DNA of 64,000 nucleotides, taken from the NCBI RefSeq assembly GCF_964204645.1, contig NC_134025.1:12710001-12774000 (forward strand), given 5' to 3'. The translations under genes were made by a program, and so were the position numbers. The stretch is from Tubulanus polymorphus (taxonomy: Eukaryota; Animalia; Nemertea). The notes beneath the pieces were generated by a model, which was given only the letters and a program-made list of their open reading frames with translations, searched no databases and had not been told where the DNA came from. Shown in pieces: positions 49,932 to 62,315 of the stretch (position 1 is the stretch's first letter; each line of letters opens with the position of its first letter).

Positions 49932-50716
49932 ATGGAGGAACAATCACAAGCTATAAATATAAACAATAATGGTGTAATAAATATATGCTATAAGAAATGT
50001 AATAAGTGTGAATTGAATAAATCATTAACAGAATTTCAAAAAAATAAAACTAAAAAAGATGGCAAACAAACATATTGCAAAAGCTGTACTAAACTATATA
50101 CAATAACAAATTTCTTGAAAATAATCCAAATTATTCAACACAATATTATATGGATAATATTGAAAAATTCAAAGTTAGAAATAAACAATGGAGAGAAAAT
50201 CACTCAGATTATATAACAGAATATATGAGAGAATGGAGGGATAATAACAGAGAATATTATAAAGCGTATCAAAATAATTATAAGAAAGAAAGATATCAAA
50301 CAGATTTTAATTACAAATTGAAAAAATGTTTAAGATCTAAAGTATCAAAATTATTCAGTAAAGAAAACCACTCAGTAACACTAGCACATTTATTGGATTG
50401 TTCAGATAAATTTTTTAAATCATGGATAATATATCAATTCGATGATAAAATGAATATAAATAATTATGGCAATTATTTTCATATTGATCATGTGTTACCA
50501 ATATCTAAATTTGACATGAATGATGAATATGATAAAAAGTTAATTTGGAATTGGAAAAACCTGAGACCTCTTGAAAAGAAGGAAAATATGATTAAACATA
50601 ACAAACTAGATTTACAGTTATATTTACAACAGTTAACAAAAGTAAAGAAATTCATTGAATTATGGAACAATAATCCAAATAATGAACAATACGTTGAATC
50701 TTTATTGAGTGGTTAA
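49932..50716 (+). pseudogene. HNH-like endonuclease of the type seen in large dsDNA viruses and Polinton-like elements; one frameshift
   Basis: KKCNKC..EF.KNKTKKDG..TYCKSC, then LRSKV..LLDCS..QFDDKMNINNYGNYFHIDHVLPISKFD..NWKNLRPL..ENMIKHNK. Confidence 0.75.
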
Positions 50717-50963
50717 AGATTAATAGAATTCAAATAAAATATATTAAAAATTACATATCTTCAACTAGCTAGTATTAGTTATTGTTTTTTTAATATTTTC
50801 TTTTCAAAAGAGAATACTTTATATCACAAATAAAAAATACTAAAAAAACAATAACTAATACTAAAATTCTTTACCTTTAACTAAGCTAGTATTAATCTAA
50901 AGAGATACTGGTATCATTTTATAATACTTATAATATTTTTTTTGCTTTTTTTCTCTAATATAA

Positions 50964-51396
50964 ATGTCAAAGAAATCTAATAAGAATAGTATTGATATTG
51001 AAAAAACGATGATTTGGGTATAAGTGATAATAAAGATACAGTTGTAACTAATTGTGCTCAAGTTAATTGTAATATAGATTATGAATACTATTTATATTGT
51101 AAGCATCATCTAGAACTATTGATTGCCGGTGGAAAAACTAAAGAGTTTTTAAATAGAATTATTAATTTTCAAGAATTAGATGCTATGAAACCCGATAAAG
51201 TAATAAAATATTTTAAGATTTATGAAGAGGCAAGATTGGCCCGAATAAATGATTCTATTTCAGATGGTATTGTCAAATGTTATTCTAAGTTATGTAACCA
51301 GTTAATACCAATTGATGATGAAAATAAATTATGAAGTGATTTGAAAAATGACTACTTAGTTATGACTGAATTACAAAAATGGGTTGGATATGCTTC
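50964..51396 (+). pseudogene. Conserved uncharacterised Polinton/Maverick-type ORF, truncated
   Basis: LLIAGGKTKEFL..ELDAM..KYFKIYEEARL..YSKL..IPID....KL*SDLKND resembles an ORF I recall from invertebrate Polinton-like elements. It is cut by the insertion at 51397. Confidence 0.5.
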
Positions 51397-52506
51397 ATTA
51401 GGGTTTTCTGTTACATCACAGAAAACCCTATTGAGATTCGCATGTTTCTTATTATTATTAGGGTTTTCTGTTACATCACAGAAAACCCTATTGAGATTCG
51501 CGTGTTTCTTATTATTATTATTATTATTTTTTTTTTTTCCACACATTTTTTGTCAAAAGTACATAGGCTTTTTTACATTACCGCTGTTGCCGATACAATC
51601 CGTCTGATATCATTCAGCTCAGTTCGATCTACAAATACTCCGTGCGAATTTTGAAGAATCAACGTTACAAAAGCACTGTCGGGCCGTAAACATCGAAAAT
51701 TGAGCCCCATTCAAAGAGCCGACATGTTTTTCTAAGTCGTCTTTCCGAAATCTACCGCACGTTTCTGGTCACATCGATTATCAATTCAAGCATAAATTAA
51801 CAAATTTATTACCCAAAGATTGCACATTCTGTCGCGGTTTTTAAAAACTAATTTTAACAATAACCCATTTTCCTCATCAAATTATAATACCAATACACAG
51901 GAAATTTACTACTTCAGATTTTAAAAGCACTGTCGAGCCGTAAACATCGACGAATCGACGTGTGTCACTACATCGTCGTTCCGGGAATCAGCTGCGAGTT
52001 TCTCCTCATTCTGAGAATCAAATCAAGTACAAATTAATTTATTACTACCAGTGATTTGGCTGCGGGCGTCAAGCAGTTAATTTAGCAAAACCTATTTTTC
52101 TTTACCAAATGTACCGTGTTTTTACTAAGATAAATCATAAGTGTACCGGGGAGTCGTAAGCCTAAACTAAACACGCCGAAGAGATATAGCGGAGAAAAGC
52201 TGTTATGTCGACGAGGTATCAAAATAAAAGAATATATTACTCTATTCGGCCGCGGGCTTCAACCATTTATCAATACTCCTACAGTACATACCGATCATTG
52301 TCAAATCCACAAGGTATTTACTAAATACAAGTATATAAAACAATCCTTTCCGTATGCTGGACTCACACTTGACATTCGGAGTAAGCGTTCGCTGTGGGGG
52401 AAAGGGATCGTTCGCTGTGTCGCTTGAAGTGTTTATCGAGTTTGACGCGGCTTTAGGCCTACCGGTACTGAGCTTTACTCAAACAAACAAACACAGTATA
52501 ATTGTT

Positions 52507-53820
52507 CGGTGTTGTCATATCCCGGAAAGACGGAATCGCGGAATTTTCCAAAAACGCGGAATTTCTTCATTTTTACTATAAATAGTTAACGGGGTTTTCC
52601 CACGGGGATACCCACTGTCGGACAGGGCACCGGACCCAGGTTTTCATCACCGGGAATTAGTATTTGATAATTTATTATATCGCCAGTCAACAACTTAACG
52701 ATACTGTTCCAAATAATGGAGAACTTAGGCAATACGTGCTTTGCGAATTCAGTGATACAGAGTATCGCTGCATTAACTGAAGGAATACAGATCGATGGTA
52801 CGTAAACGTAGGATTTGTGATGACACCATGGGTCATTCTCCAGGACTCATTTCCGAGTTAAGATTTGACTCTGGTCTCTGGATTTAAAACATTGGAAATG
52901 AATTGATTCTAAGAAACTGAGAGTTAACTCACAACTGTGGAACTGGATCGATGTCAGACGAAAATAAATAGACATCATGTATATTTCCTTCTGGCTTAGG
53001 ATTGTTCATGCGTGTTGTGTGTCTACATTGTTGTTATAAGCGAATGTGGTTTATCTTTTAGAATTAAATGATATTAAAGATTATAAAATGGTTTCGTTTT
53101 TTTAATGTTTACTTTGTGACTGCTATAACATATATGTCCCTATGCTGATTATTTGGATCCAAAGAATCTTATTGGTACCGGTACTGGACGGCCGTAAAAT
53201 TATAATAATTTCAAAGGAATTTGAACCGGTACTTGTTTGGTCGTAGGATTTCATGTTTGCAACCATCTACAACTACGGTCCGACACCGCGAACGTGCCCA
53301 ATATTTATCTGATAATATTCGTTTCTGAAGTTCTCAAAAAGTCGATGAACTTCGATAACCGAAGTTTGCCTAGTAGAAATAGACATTAGGTGCCTGGTCT
53401 CTTTCACCCCACTTGATTCTTACTTCTTCTACAGGTGACAGCCAGGGCCACCTTCGGTTATCTGAGTTAGTCGAGTATAGTTAGTCGAACTAAACGAAAC
53501 CGAATGTCCGATAGTCGGAACTATATTCCGGAAATAGTTCGAAAATCAAGCGCATTCGGTTATTAGTTCTGACCACTAGTCGACTAGATACGAAAACCGA
53601 ATTTGGCCCAGTCAACGGTATCGTAATATAATATTTCCATATAAAATTGCCTGCAAATAATGGGATTCGAACCTAACTCGTTGCATCGATCGGTCCGGTG
53701 CCCTGTCCGACAGTGGGTACCCCCGTGGGAAAACCCGTTTACTATTTAAAGTAAAAATGAAGAAATTCCGCGTTTTTGGAAAATTCCGCGATTCCGTCTT
53801 TCCGCGATATGACAACACCG
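52507..53820. mobile_element. Mutator(MULE)-like non-autonomous element, ~130-bp TIRs and 9-bp TSD, carrying a USP Cys-box exon
   Basis: TIR cggtgttgtcatatc..; TSD ataattgtt / ataatcgtt. The empty site ataattgtt|gcgtttatt is visible in the paralogous unit at ~63280. Confidence 0.85.
52716..52797 (+). pseudogene. Isolated USP Cys-box exon
   Basis: atggagaacttaggcaatacgtgctttgcgaattcagtgatacag = MENLGNTCFANSVIQSIAAL, followed by a g|gtacgt donor. Confidence 0.75.
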
Positions 53821-54149
53821 ATAATCGTTGCGTTTATTAACGGACTCATTGGATTGAACTTCAAAACAAAATTTACGATATTTAGGTGGGTTGTTATTCA
53901 ATAGGCCTACGACCAATCTGTCCGGATGTTAGGCCTACGCATATACATAGGCCTACATAGGCTAGTAGCCTCTACTAGGTTAAGTGTTGGCTGTAGGGGA
54001 AAGGAGATCGTTCACTGTGTCGCTTGAAGTGTTTATCGAGTTTTACGCGACCTTAAGGCTTTAGTATGGTGGCTGATAAGATAAAAAAACACGAATATGC
54101 AAATGAGGGCGACATTACGACAAAACTAAAATAACGCGAGAAAACAATG

Positions 54150-56765
54150 ATTTTGATTTTGTCGCCCGTGACAATTCATTATTTTGGTTTTGTCACACGC
54201 GACAATTCAATACTTTGGTTTTATCGCCCGCGACAATTCATTATTTTGGTTTTATCCCTTGCAACAATTCTTTATTTTGGTTTTGTCGCCCGCGAAAATT
54301 CAATATTTTGGTTTTATCGCCCACGACAAATCACTACTTTGGTTTTATCGCCAGCGACAAGTCATTATTTTGGTTTTGTCGACCGCGACAATTCTTCTTT
54401 TTGGTTTTGTCGCCCGCGACAATTCATTATTTTGGTTTTGTCGTCTGCGACAATTCACCATTTTGGTTTTGTCACCCGCGACAATTCATTATTTTGGTTT
54501 TATCGCCTGCGACAATTCATTATTTTGGTTTTATCGCCTGTGACAATTCATTATTTTGGTTTTGTCGCCCCGACAATTCTTTTTTTGTTTTGTCGCCCGC
54601 GACAATTCATTAGTCTGGTTTTGTCGCCCGCGACAATTCAATATTTTGATTTTGTCGCCCGCTACAATTCAATATTTTGGTTTTGTCGCCTGCGACAATT
54701 CATTACTTTGGTTTTATCTCCAGCAACAATTCATTATTTTGGTTTCGTCACCCGCGACAATTCTTCTTTTTGGTTTTGTCGCCCGCGACAATTCATTATT
54801 TTGGTTTTGTCGCCCGAGACAATTCATCATTTTGGTTTTATCGCCCGCGACAATTCACCATTTTGGTTTTGTCGCCTGGACAATTCACCATTTTGGTTTT
54901 GTCGCCCGCGACAATTCATTATTTTTGTTTTGTTGCCCCCACAATTCTTTTTTTGGTTTTGTCGCCCGCGACAATTCATTAGTTTGGTTTTGTCGCCCAC
55001 GACAATTCATTACTTTGGTTTTATCTCCAGCGACAATTCATTATTTTGGTTTTTTCGCCCGCGAAAATTTTTTCTTTTGCTTTTGTCGCCCGCGACAATT
55101 CATTATTTTGGTTTTATCGCCCGCAACAATTCAATATTTTGGTTTTATAGCCCGCGACAATTCATTATTTTGGTTTTGTCGTCTGCGACAATTCACCATT
55201 TTGGTTTTGTCACCCGCGACAATTCATTATTTTGGTTTTATCGCCTGCGACAATTCATTATTTTGGTTTTATCGCCCGCGACAATTCAATATTTTGTTTT
55301 TGTCGCCCGCGACAATTCATTATTTTGGTTTTATCGCCCGCGACAATTCATTATTTTGGTTTTGTCGCCCACGAAAATTCACCATTTTGGTTTTGTCGCC
55401 TGGACAATTCACCATTTTGGTTTTGTCGCCCGCGACAATTCATTATTTTTGTTTTGTTGCCCCCACAATTCTTTTTTTGGTTTTGTCGCCCGCGACAATT
55501 CATTAGTTTGGTTTTGTCGCCCACGACAATTCATTACTTTGGTTTTATCTCCAGCGACAATTCATTATTTTGGTTTTATCGCCCGCGACAATTCAATATT
55601 TTGGTTTTATAGCCCGCGATAATTCATTATTTTGGTTTTATTGCCCGCGACAATTCATTATTTTGGTTTTGTCGGCCGCGACAATTTTTCTTTTTGGTTT
55701 TGTCGCCCGCGACAATTCATTATTTTGGTTTTGTCGTCTGCGACAATTCACCATTTTGGTTTTGTCAACCGCGACAATTCATTATTTTGGTTTTATCGCC
55801 TGCGACAATTCATTATTTTGGTTTGATCGCCCGCGACAATTCATTATTTTGTTTTTGTCGCCCCGACAATTCTTTTTTTGGTTTTGTCGCCCGCGACAAT
55901 TCATTAGTCTGGCTTTGTCGCCCGCGACAATTCAATATTTTGGTTTTGGTCGCCCGCCACTATTAAATATTTTTGTTTTGTCGCCTGCGACAATTCATTA
56001 CTTTGGTTTTATCTCCAGCGACAATTCATTATTTTGGTTTCGTCACCCGCGACAATTCTTCTTTTTGGTTTTGTCGCCCGCGACAATTCATTATTTTGGT
56101 TTTATATTTGGTTTTAGTCGCCCGCGACAATTTTTTTTTTGTTTTGTCGCCTGCGACAATTCAATATTTTGTTTCTGTCGCCCCCGACAATTCATTATTT
56201 TGGTTTAATCGCCCGCGACAATTCAATATTTTGGTTTTATCGCCCGCGATAATTCATTATTTTGGTTTTATCGCCCGCGACAATTCATTATTTTGGTTTT
56301 GTCGCCCGAGACAATTCTTCATTTTGGTTTTATCGCCCGAGACAATTCACCATTTTGGTTTTGTCGCCTGGACAATTCACCATTTTGGTTTTGTCGCCCG
56401 CGACAATTCATTATTTTTGTTTTGTTGCCCCCACAATTCGTTTTTTGGTATTGTCGCCCGCGACAATTCATTAGTTTGGTTTTGTCGCCCACGACAATTC
56501 ATTACTTTGGTTTTATCTCCAGCGACAATTCATTATTTTGGTTTTGTCGCCCGCGACAATTTTTTTGGTTTTGTCGCCCGCGACAATTCATTATTTTGGT
56601 TTTATCGCCCGCGACAATTCAATATTTTGGTTTTATAGCCCGCGATAATTCATTATTTTGGTTTTATTGCCCGCGACAATTTATTATTTTGGTTTTGTCG
56701 CACGAGACAATTCATTATTTTGGTTTTATCGCCCGCGACAATTCATTATTTTGGTTTTGTCGCCT
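54150..56765. repeat. 31-bp satellite array
   Basis: Unit ttttggttttatcgcccgcgacaattcatta, with higher-order variant blocks. Confidence 0.97.
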
Positions 56766-57922
56766 GAAGAAAATTTTGAAGACGCTTTGATCAATTACCT
56801 TGATCTTTCGTTTATATTTGAATCTACCAAAGGCCCATCAGCATAAGAAAATTGGGTCGATCTGACTCAAGATGGCCGTCCTATGACCTTTCTAGTGCCC
56901 AAAAATGTCAATTTTGGCCAGAATTCTAGGTCCTGTAGCTTCCTACTGGTTTGCCATTTCTCATTGCAATTGCTGATGGATATTCTTTAGAGAGGGATGT
57001 TTTATACCTGGGACAGGTATTTTTGATCAGCCAATTATGCCGCAATTGGCGGCCATCTTGGTGTCATCAGTACTCATTCGTAGGTGGGAAAAAGTTTTTC
57101 CACAATTAATTGATACCTAAGCATATTGTGTTACTATATTCAATTGGAAAGTTGTAGCCCATAACGTGTTCTCTGATTTTGGTGAGTTTCAAGGTCATTG
57201 GTTTTTGTATGTGGCCATCAGGGGGCGTTGAATAATACAATAACTTAGTATCGCTATATTATATTTGTACCAAGGCATATTTTGTTACCATGATCAATTG
57301 CAAAGTTGTAGTTCATGACATCGTCTATGGTTGGTGTGAGTTTTTAAGGACATTAGTTATTCCATATAGTCACCAGGGGGCGTTGATTAGTAGAAAAGCT
57401 TAGTTTTTCCTTATTAGATTGGTACCTAGGCATAGTTTGTTACCATGATCCATTGCAAAGTTGTAGTTCATGACGTCGTCTATGATTGTGGTGAGTTTTT
57501 GAGGACATTAGTTATTCCATATAGTCACCAGGGGGCGCTGAATAGTAGAATGGCTTAGTATTTCCTTATTAGATTGGTACCTAGGCATATTTTGTTACTA
57601 TGATCAATTGCAAAGTTGTATTTCATGACATGTACTACGATTGTGGTGAGTTTTAAGGTCATTGGGTTTTGCATATGGTTACCAGGGGGCGTTGAATAGT
57701 AGAATAACTTAGTATTTCCATATTAAATTGGTAACGAGGCATATTTTGTTATCACAATCAATTACAAAATCATAGCTGCTCACATGTTCTATGATTGTGG
57801 TGGGTTTCAAGGTCATTGGTTTTTGTATATGGTCACTAGAGGGCGTTATGTATTGAAATTGTTAGATTGTTGAGCATTTTAAACCACTGCCCAAGTGAGC
57901 ATGGTGTCCCTGGACCCCCTAG
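56766..57922 (+). mobile_element. 'ccagggggc' family element nested in the satellite
   Basis: Ends ..ggtgtccctggaccccctagtt and the satellite resumes at 57923. Internal ~155-bp tandem units. Confidence 0.7.
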
Positions 57923-58329
57923 TTTGGTTTTGTCGCCCGCGACACACGAATTTTCTTGTCAGAACATAAAGTATTTCGTTCGAACAAGTATATTGAAAAA
58001 AGTTTTTTCTCCGAACCGAAAGTATGAAGTATTTCGTTCAATCGAACAGAATTGTTTTCATTCAAACATTCGTTCGAAAAAATTGTTTTCGCTCGACCAA
58101 ATTTTTTTGCCGGGACTTAAAACCTTTTATTTCAAAAATAACATAGCTTTTTATTCGAACACATTTTTTGTCAGAATGAAGAAAATTTTTAGTTCAAGCA
58201 AAAAGCGTATTGTTCGATCAAACAGAATTATTTTCATTCGAACAAGATTTTCTTGTTGGAACATTAAGTTTTTTGGTCGAACAGCGTGTTAAGGTCGATT
58301 TGGAAATTTACTCGTTCTGGTATATGTTG

Positions 58330-58580
58330 GATTACTGTGTATGTCGTTTGTCAGGACATTAAACAGAAGACAACTTAGGTTACTACCTTGCGTGACTCCA
58401 CTAGTTTGACCGACTTATTCCAAGATGAGGCGTTCCGTTGATTTCGGCTACAAGTTTTCGTTCAGAGATAACTGCTGAGCCATTTGGGCGACCTATCATT
58501 AATACTGTTTCCTAATAGCCCGTTTAGTAATGGCTGATGTTGTGCCTTATCAAATGCCTCGTCGAAATCCACCGTTGAAC
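58330..58580 (-). pseudogene. Captured LINE reverse-transcriptase fragment inside the HINE-like unit (shorter copy at ~62170-62265)
   Basis: DFDEAFDKAQHQPLL..KWLSSYL and TSGVTQGSNLSCLLFNVLTNDI are degenerate 'DFxKAFD' and 'SGVPQGS.LGPLLF..IND' motifs. Confidence 0.7.
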
Positions 58581-59511
58581 AGGATTCTATGACTGTGCAG
58601 AAAACCCGTTATCGCTGCTTTGCAGCTATATTTATTATTATTTTCTTCCACACTATTTTTACCAAAAGAACATAGGCTTCGTCATCCCGAAATCAACCCG
58701 CAGGCCGACTGTCACTTCGATTATCAATTCAAGTATAAATGAACTAATTTATTGCCGCAGACTTCAAATTCAGTCGCGGTCTTCAAACAGTGATTTTAAC
58801 AATAGCCCATTTTCCTCATCAAATCATATTACCGATACACTGGAAATTTACTACTTTAGATTTTAAAAGCACTGTCGAGCCGTAAACATCGACGAATCGA
58901 CGTGTGTTACTACATCGACGTTCCGGGGATGAGCTGCGAGTTTCTCCTCATCATGAGAATCAAATCGAGTACAAATTAATTTATTACTACCAGTGATTTG
59001 GCTGCGGGTTTCAAGGAGTTAGTTTAACAATACCTATTTTTCTTTACCGAATTAACCGTGTATTTACTAAGATAAATCTTTAGTGTACCGGGGAATCGTA
59101 GGCCTAAACTAAACAGGCCGAAGAGATATGGCGGAGAAAAGCTGTTATGTCGACGAGGTATCAAAATAAAAGAATATATTACTTTATTCGGCCGCGGGCT
59201 TCAACCATTCAATCAATACTCTATATTTCCTACAGTACATACCGATCATTGTCAAATGCACAAGGTATTTACTAAATACAAGTATATAACACACTCCTAT
59301 CCGTATGCTGGACTCACCCTTGACGTTCGGAGTAAGCGTTCGTTGTGGGGGAAAGGAGATCGTTCGCTGTGTCGCTTGAAGTGTTTATCGAGTTTTACGC
59401 GACCTTAAGGCTTTAGTATGGTGGCTGATAAGATAAAAAAACACGAATATGCAAATGAGGGCGACATTACGACAAAACGACAAAACTAAAATAACGCAAG
59501 AAAACAACGAT

Positions 59512-60802
59512 TTTGATTTTGTCGCCCGTGACAATTCATTATTTTGGTTTTGTCACACGCGACAATTCAATATTTTGGTTTTATCGCCCGCGACAATTCA
59601 TTATTTTGGTTTTATCGACCGCGACAATTTTTTTCTCTTTTTTGTCGCGGTTTTATCGCCCGCGACACTTCAATATTTTGGTTTTATCGCCCGCGACAAT
59701 TCATTATTTTGGCTTTATCGCCCGCGACAATTCATTAGTTAGGTTTTGTCACCCGCGACAATTGAATATTTTGGTTTTGTGGCCCGCGACAATTCATGAT
59801 TTTGGTTTTATCGTCCGCGACAATTCATTTTTTTGGTTTTATCGCCTGCGACAATTTATTATTTTGGTTTTATCGCCCGCGACAATTCATTAGTTTGGTT
59901 TTGTCGCCCGCGACAATTGAATATTTTGGTTTTGTCGCCCGCGACAATTCAATATTTTGGTTTTGTCGCACACGACATCGGCGACAATTCAAGATTTTGG
60001 TTTTATCGCCCGCGACAATTCATTTTTTGGATTTGTCGCCTACGACAATTCAATATTTTGGTTTTATCGCCCACGACAATTCATTATTTTGGTTTTATCG
60101 CCCGCGACAATTTTTTTCTCTTTTTGTCGCGGTTTTATCGCCTGCAACACTTCAATATTTTGGTTTTATCGCCCGCGACAATTCATTATTTTGGTTTTAT
60201 CGCCCGCGACAATTCATTATTTTGGTTTCATCGCCCGCAACAATTCATTTTTTGGATTTGGCGCCTACGACAATTCAATATTTTGGTTTTATCGCCCGCG
60301 ACAATTCATTATTTTGGTTTTATCGCCCGCGACAATTTTTTTCTCTTTTTGTCGCGGTTTTATCACCCGCGACACTTCAATATTTTGGTTTTATCGCCCG
60401 CGACAATTCATTATTTTGGCTTTATCGCCCGCGACAATTCATTAGTTTGGTTTTGTCGCCCGCGACAATTTAATATTTTGGTTTTGTCGCCCGCGACAAT
60501 TCATGATTTTGGTTTTATCGTCCGCGACAATTCATTTTTTTGGTTTTATCGCCAGCGACAATTTATTATTTTGGTTTTATCGCCCGCGACAATTCATTAG
60601 TTTGGTTTTGTCGCCCGCGACAATTGAATATTTTGGTTTTGTCGCCCGCGACAATTCATTATTTTGGTTTTATCGCCCGCGACAATTCATTTTTTTGGCT
60701 TTGTCGCCCGCGACAATTCAATATTTTGGTTTTATCGCCCGCGACAATTGATTATTTTGGTTTTATCGCCCGCGACAATTAATTTTTTTGGTTTTGTCGC
60801 CC
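59512..60802. repeat. 31-bp satellite array
   Basis: Same unit as 54150-56765. Confidence 0.97.
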
Positions 60803-60892
60803 ACATTATTAGCTTTTGAATAATTAGGCCAATTAATAACGTAATAACGACTTATGCTTTCACCTATTTTGAAGTCGATTAATCTGATATAG

Positions 60893-61308
60893 TACGGAAG
60901 CGATAAAGGGCCTCGAGTTGTCATGTTCAAACTCGACAAGTCGCCATATTTATGTCGATATATCGCGATATATCGTGTCAAGTCCACATGAATATGTCTA
61001 CATATCGTGACGTTTTCACGACAAATTTCGTTTATTTGCTCATTTTCCACGGGACAAGCCGTCATTTGAAGACATGTCTAAATGTAAGATGAGGACGCCA
61101 GTAATATGGCGACTGAGTTTCAAGTCGTCATGAATATGTCGACTTGTCGCGAGGAAAATGGTTGAGAAAACGAAATATGTCGTCAAAACGTCACGATATA
61201 TCGACATATTCATGTCGACTTGACGCGATACATCGCGGTATGTCGACAATAATATGGCGACTTGTCGAGTTGGAACGCGTCATCTCGAGGTCCCTTATCG
61301 CTTCCGTA
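60893..61308. mobile_element. MITE with long TIRs and a 7-bp flanking repeat; a second partial copy starts at ~61406
   Basis: gatatag|tacggaagcgataaagggcctcgag...ctcgaggtcccttatcgcttccgta|gatatag. Confidence 0.75.
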
Positions 61309-62315
61309 GATATAGTGTCGGATATTAAGGTCATTTTGGCAGATTCTTTTTTTTTGAAAAGTGATATTAAAGCGATCATTCAAGTGATCCTACTTAATGA
61401 AAGATCTACGGAAGCGATAAAGGGCCTCGAGTTGTTGCGTTCCAACTCGACAAGTAGCCATATTTATGTCGACATATCGCATCAATTCGACATGAATATG
61501 TCGACATATCGTGACGTTTTGACGACTTGAAACTCAGTCGTCATATCACTGGCGTCCTCATCTTTCAGCAACGCCAGTCACATGGAGTCGTAGGTGTTCT
61601 ACTTTCTGCGACGCGACACGACTGTCACAACCAACCGACGCGCTCTTGCGACTGGCAGAATCTAGTCGCACACAATCGCATTGCAAGCGACTTGCATCGA
61701 AACTTGCGATGCAACGCGAGGATCGCATCGTGTCACAAGAACAACCTACGTCTGGCTTTAAGTTACTGCGGAGCACCAGAAATATCTTTTTTTTCGTTCA
61801 AAAGACCTTTCGCTTGAAAATTCTTTCGTCGGAACAAAGTTTATTTCGTTCGAACCAATAATATTCTATACAATTGAACCAATTTGAAAAAATCGTTAGA
61901 ACAAAGTTGAACAAACTTTTTTTTGTCCAAACGAAAGGTTTTTCGTTCGAACAATCATTCAATTGAACAGAATCGTTTTAATTTGAACAGAATTTTCTTG
62001 TCAGAACATTAAGTTTTTCGTTCGAACAAGTATATTGAAAAAAGTTTTTTCTCCGAACCGAAAGTATTAAGTATTTCGTTCAATCGAACAGAATTTTTTT
62101 CATTCAAACATTCGTTCGAAAAAATTGTTTTCGCTCAACCAAATTTTTCATTTCAACATTAATAATTTGAGTGACCTATCCTTAATGATGTTTCCTAATA
62201 GCCTGGTTAGTAATGCCTGATGTTGTGCCTTATCAAATGCTTTGTCGAAATCCACCCTTGAACTGGATTCTAAGACTGTGCAGAAACCCGTTATCGCTGC
62301 TTTGCAGCTATATTT

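Larger units (their letters stand above)
51397..58633 (+). mobile_element. Helentron-like non-autonomous element (HINE-type), unit 1, with nested insertions
   Basis: 5' hairpin agggttttctg..cagaaaaccct (60-bp head duplicated). 3' end cagaaaacccgttatcgctgctttgcagctatattt. Body repeated at 58634 and 62316. Confidence 0.7.
58634..62315 (+). mobile_element. HINE-like unit 2 (head-to-tail)
   Basis: Same body as 51520-52480, with satellite and the same 3' end gctttgcagctatattt. Confidence 0.7.

Noticed and set aside
54150-56765. CRISPR-like regular repeats
   Set aside because: Contiguous tandem monomers with no unique spacers, no cas genes and a eukaryotic context. The same holds for the 48-bp and 144-bp arrays.
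54147-56846. Long ORFs (up to 491 aa) in several frames
   Set aside because: They are translations of the 31-bp satellite, which is nearly stop-free. The same applies to 59449-60782.
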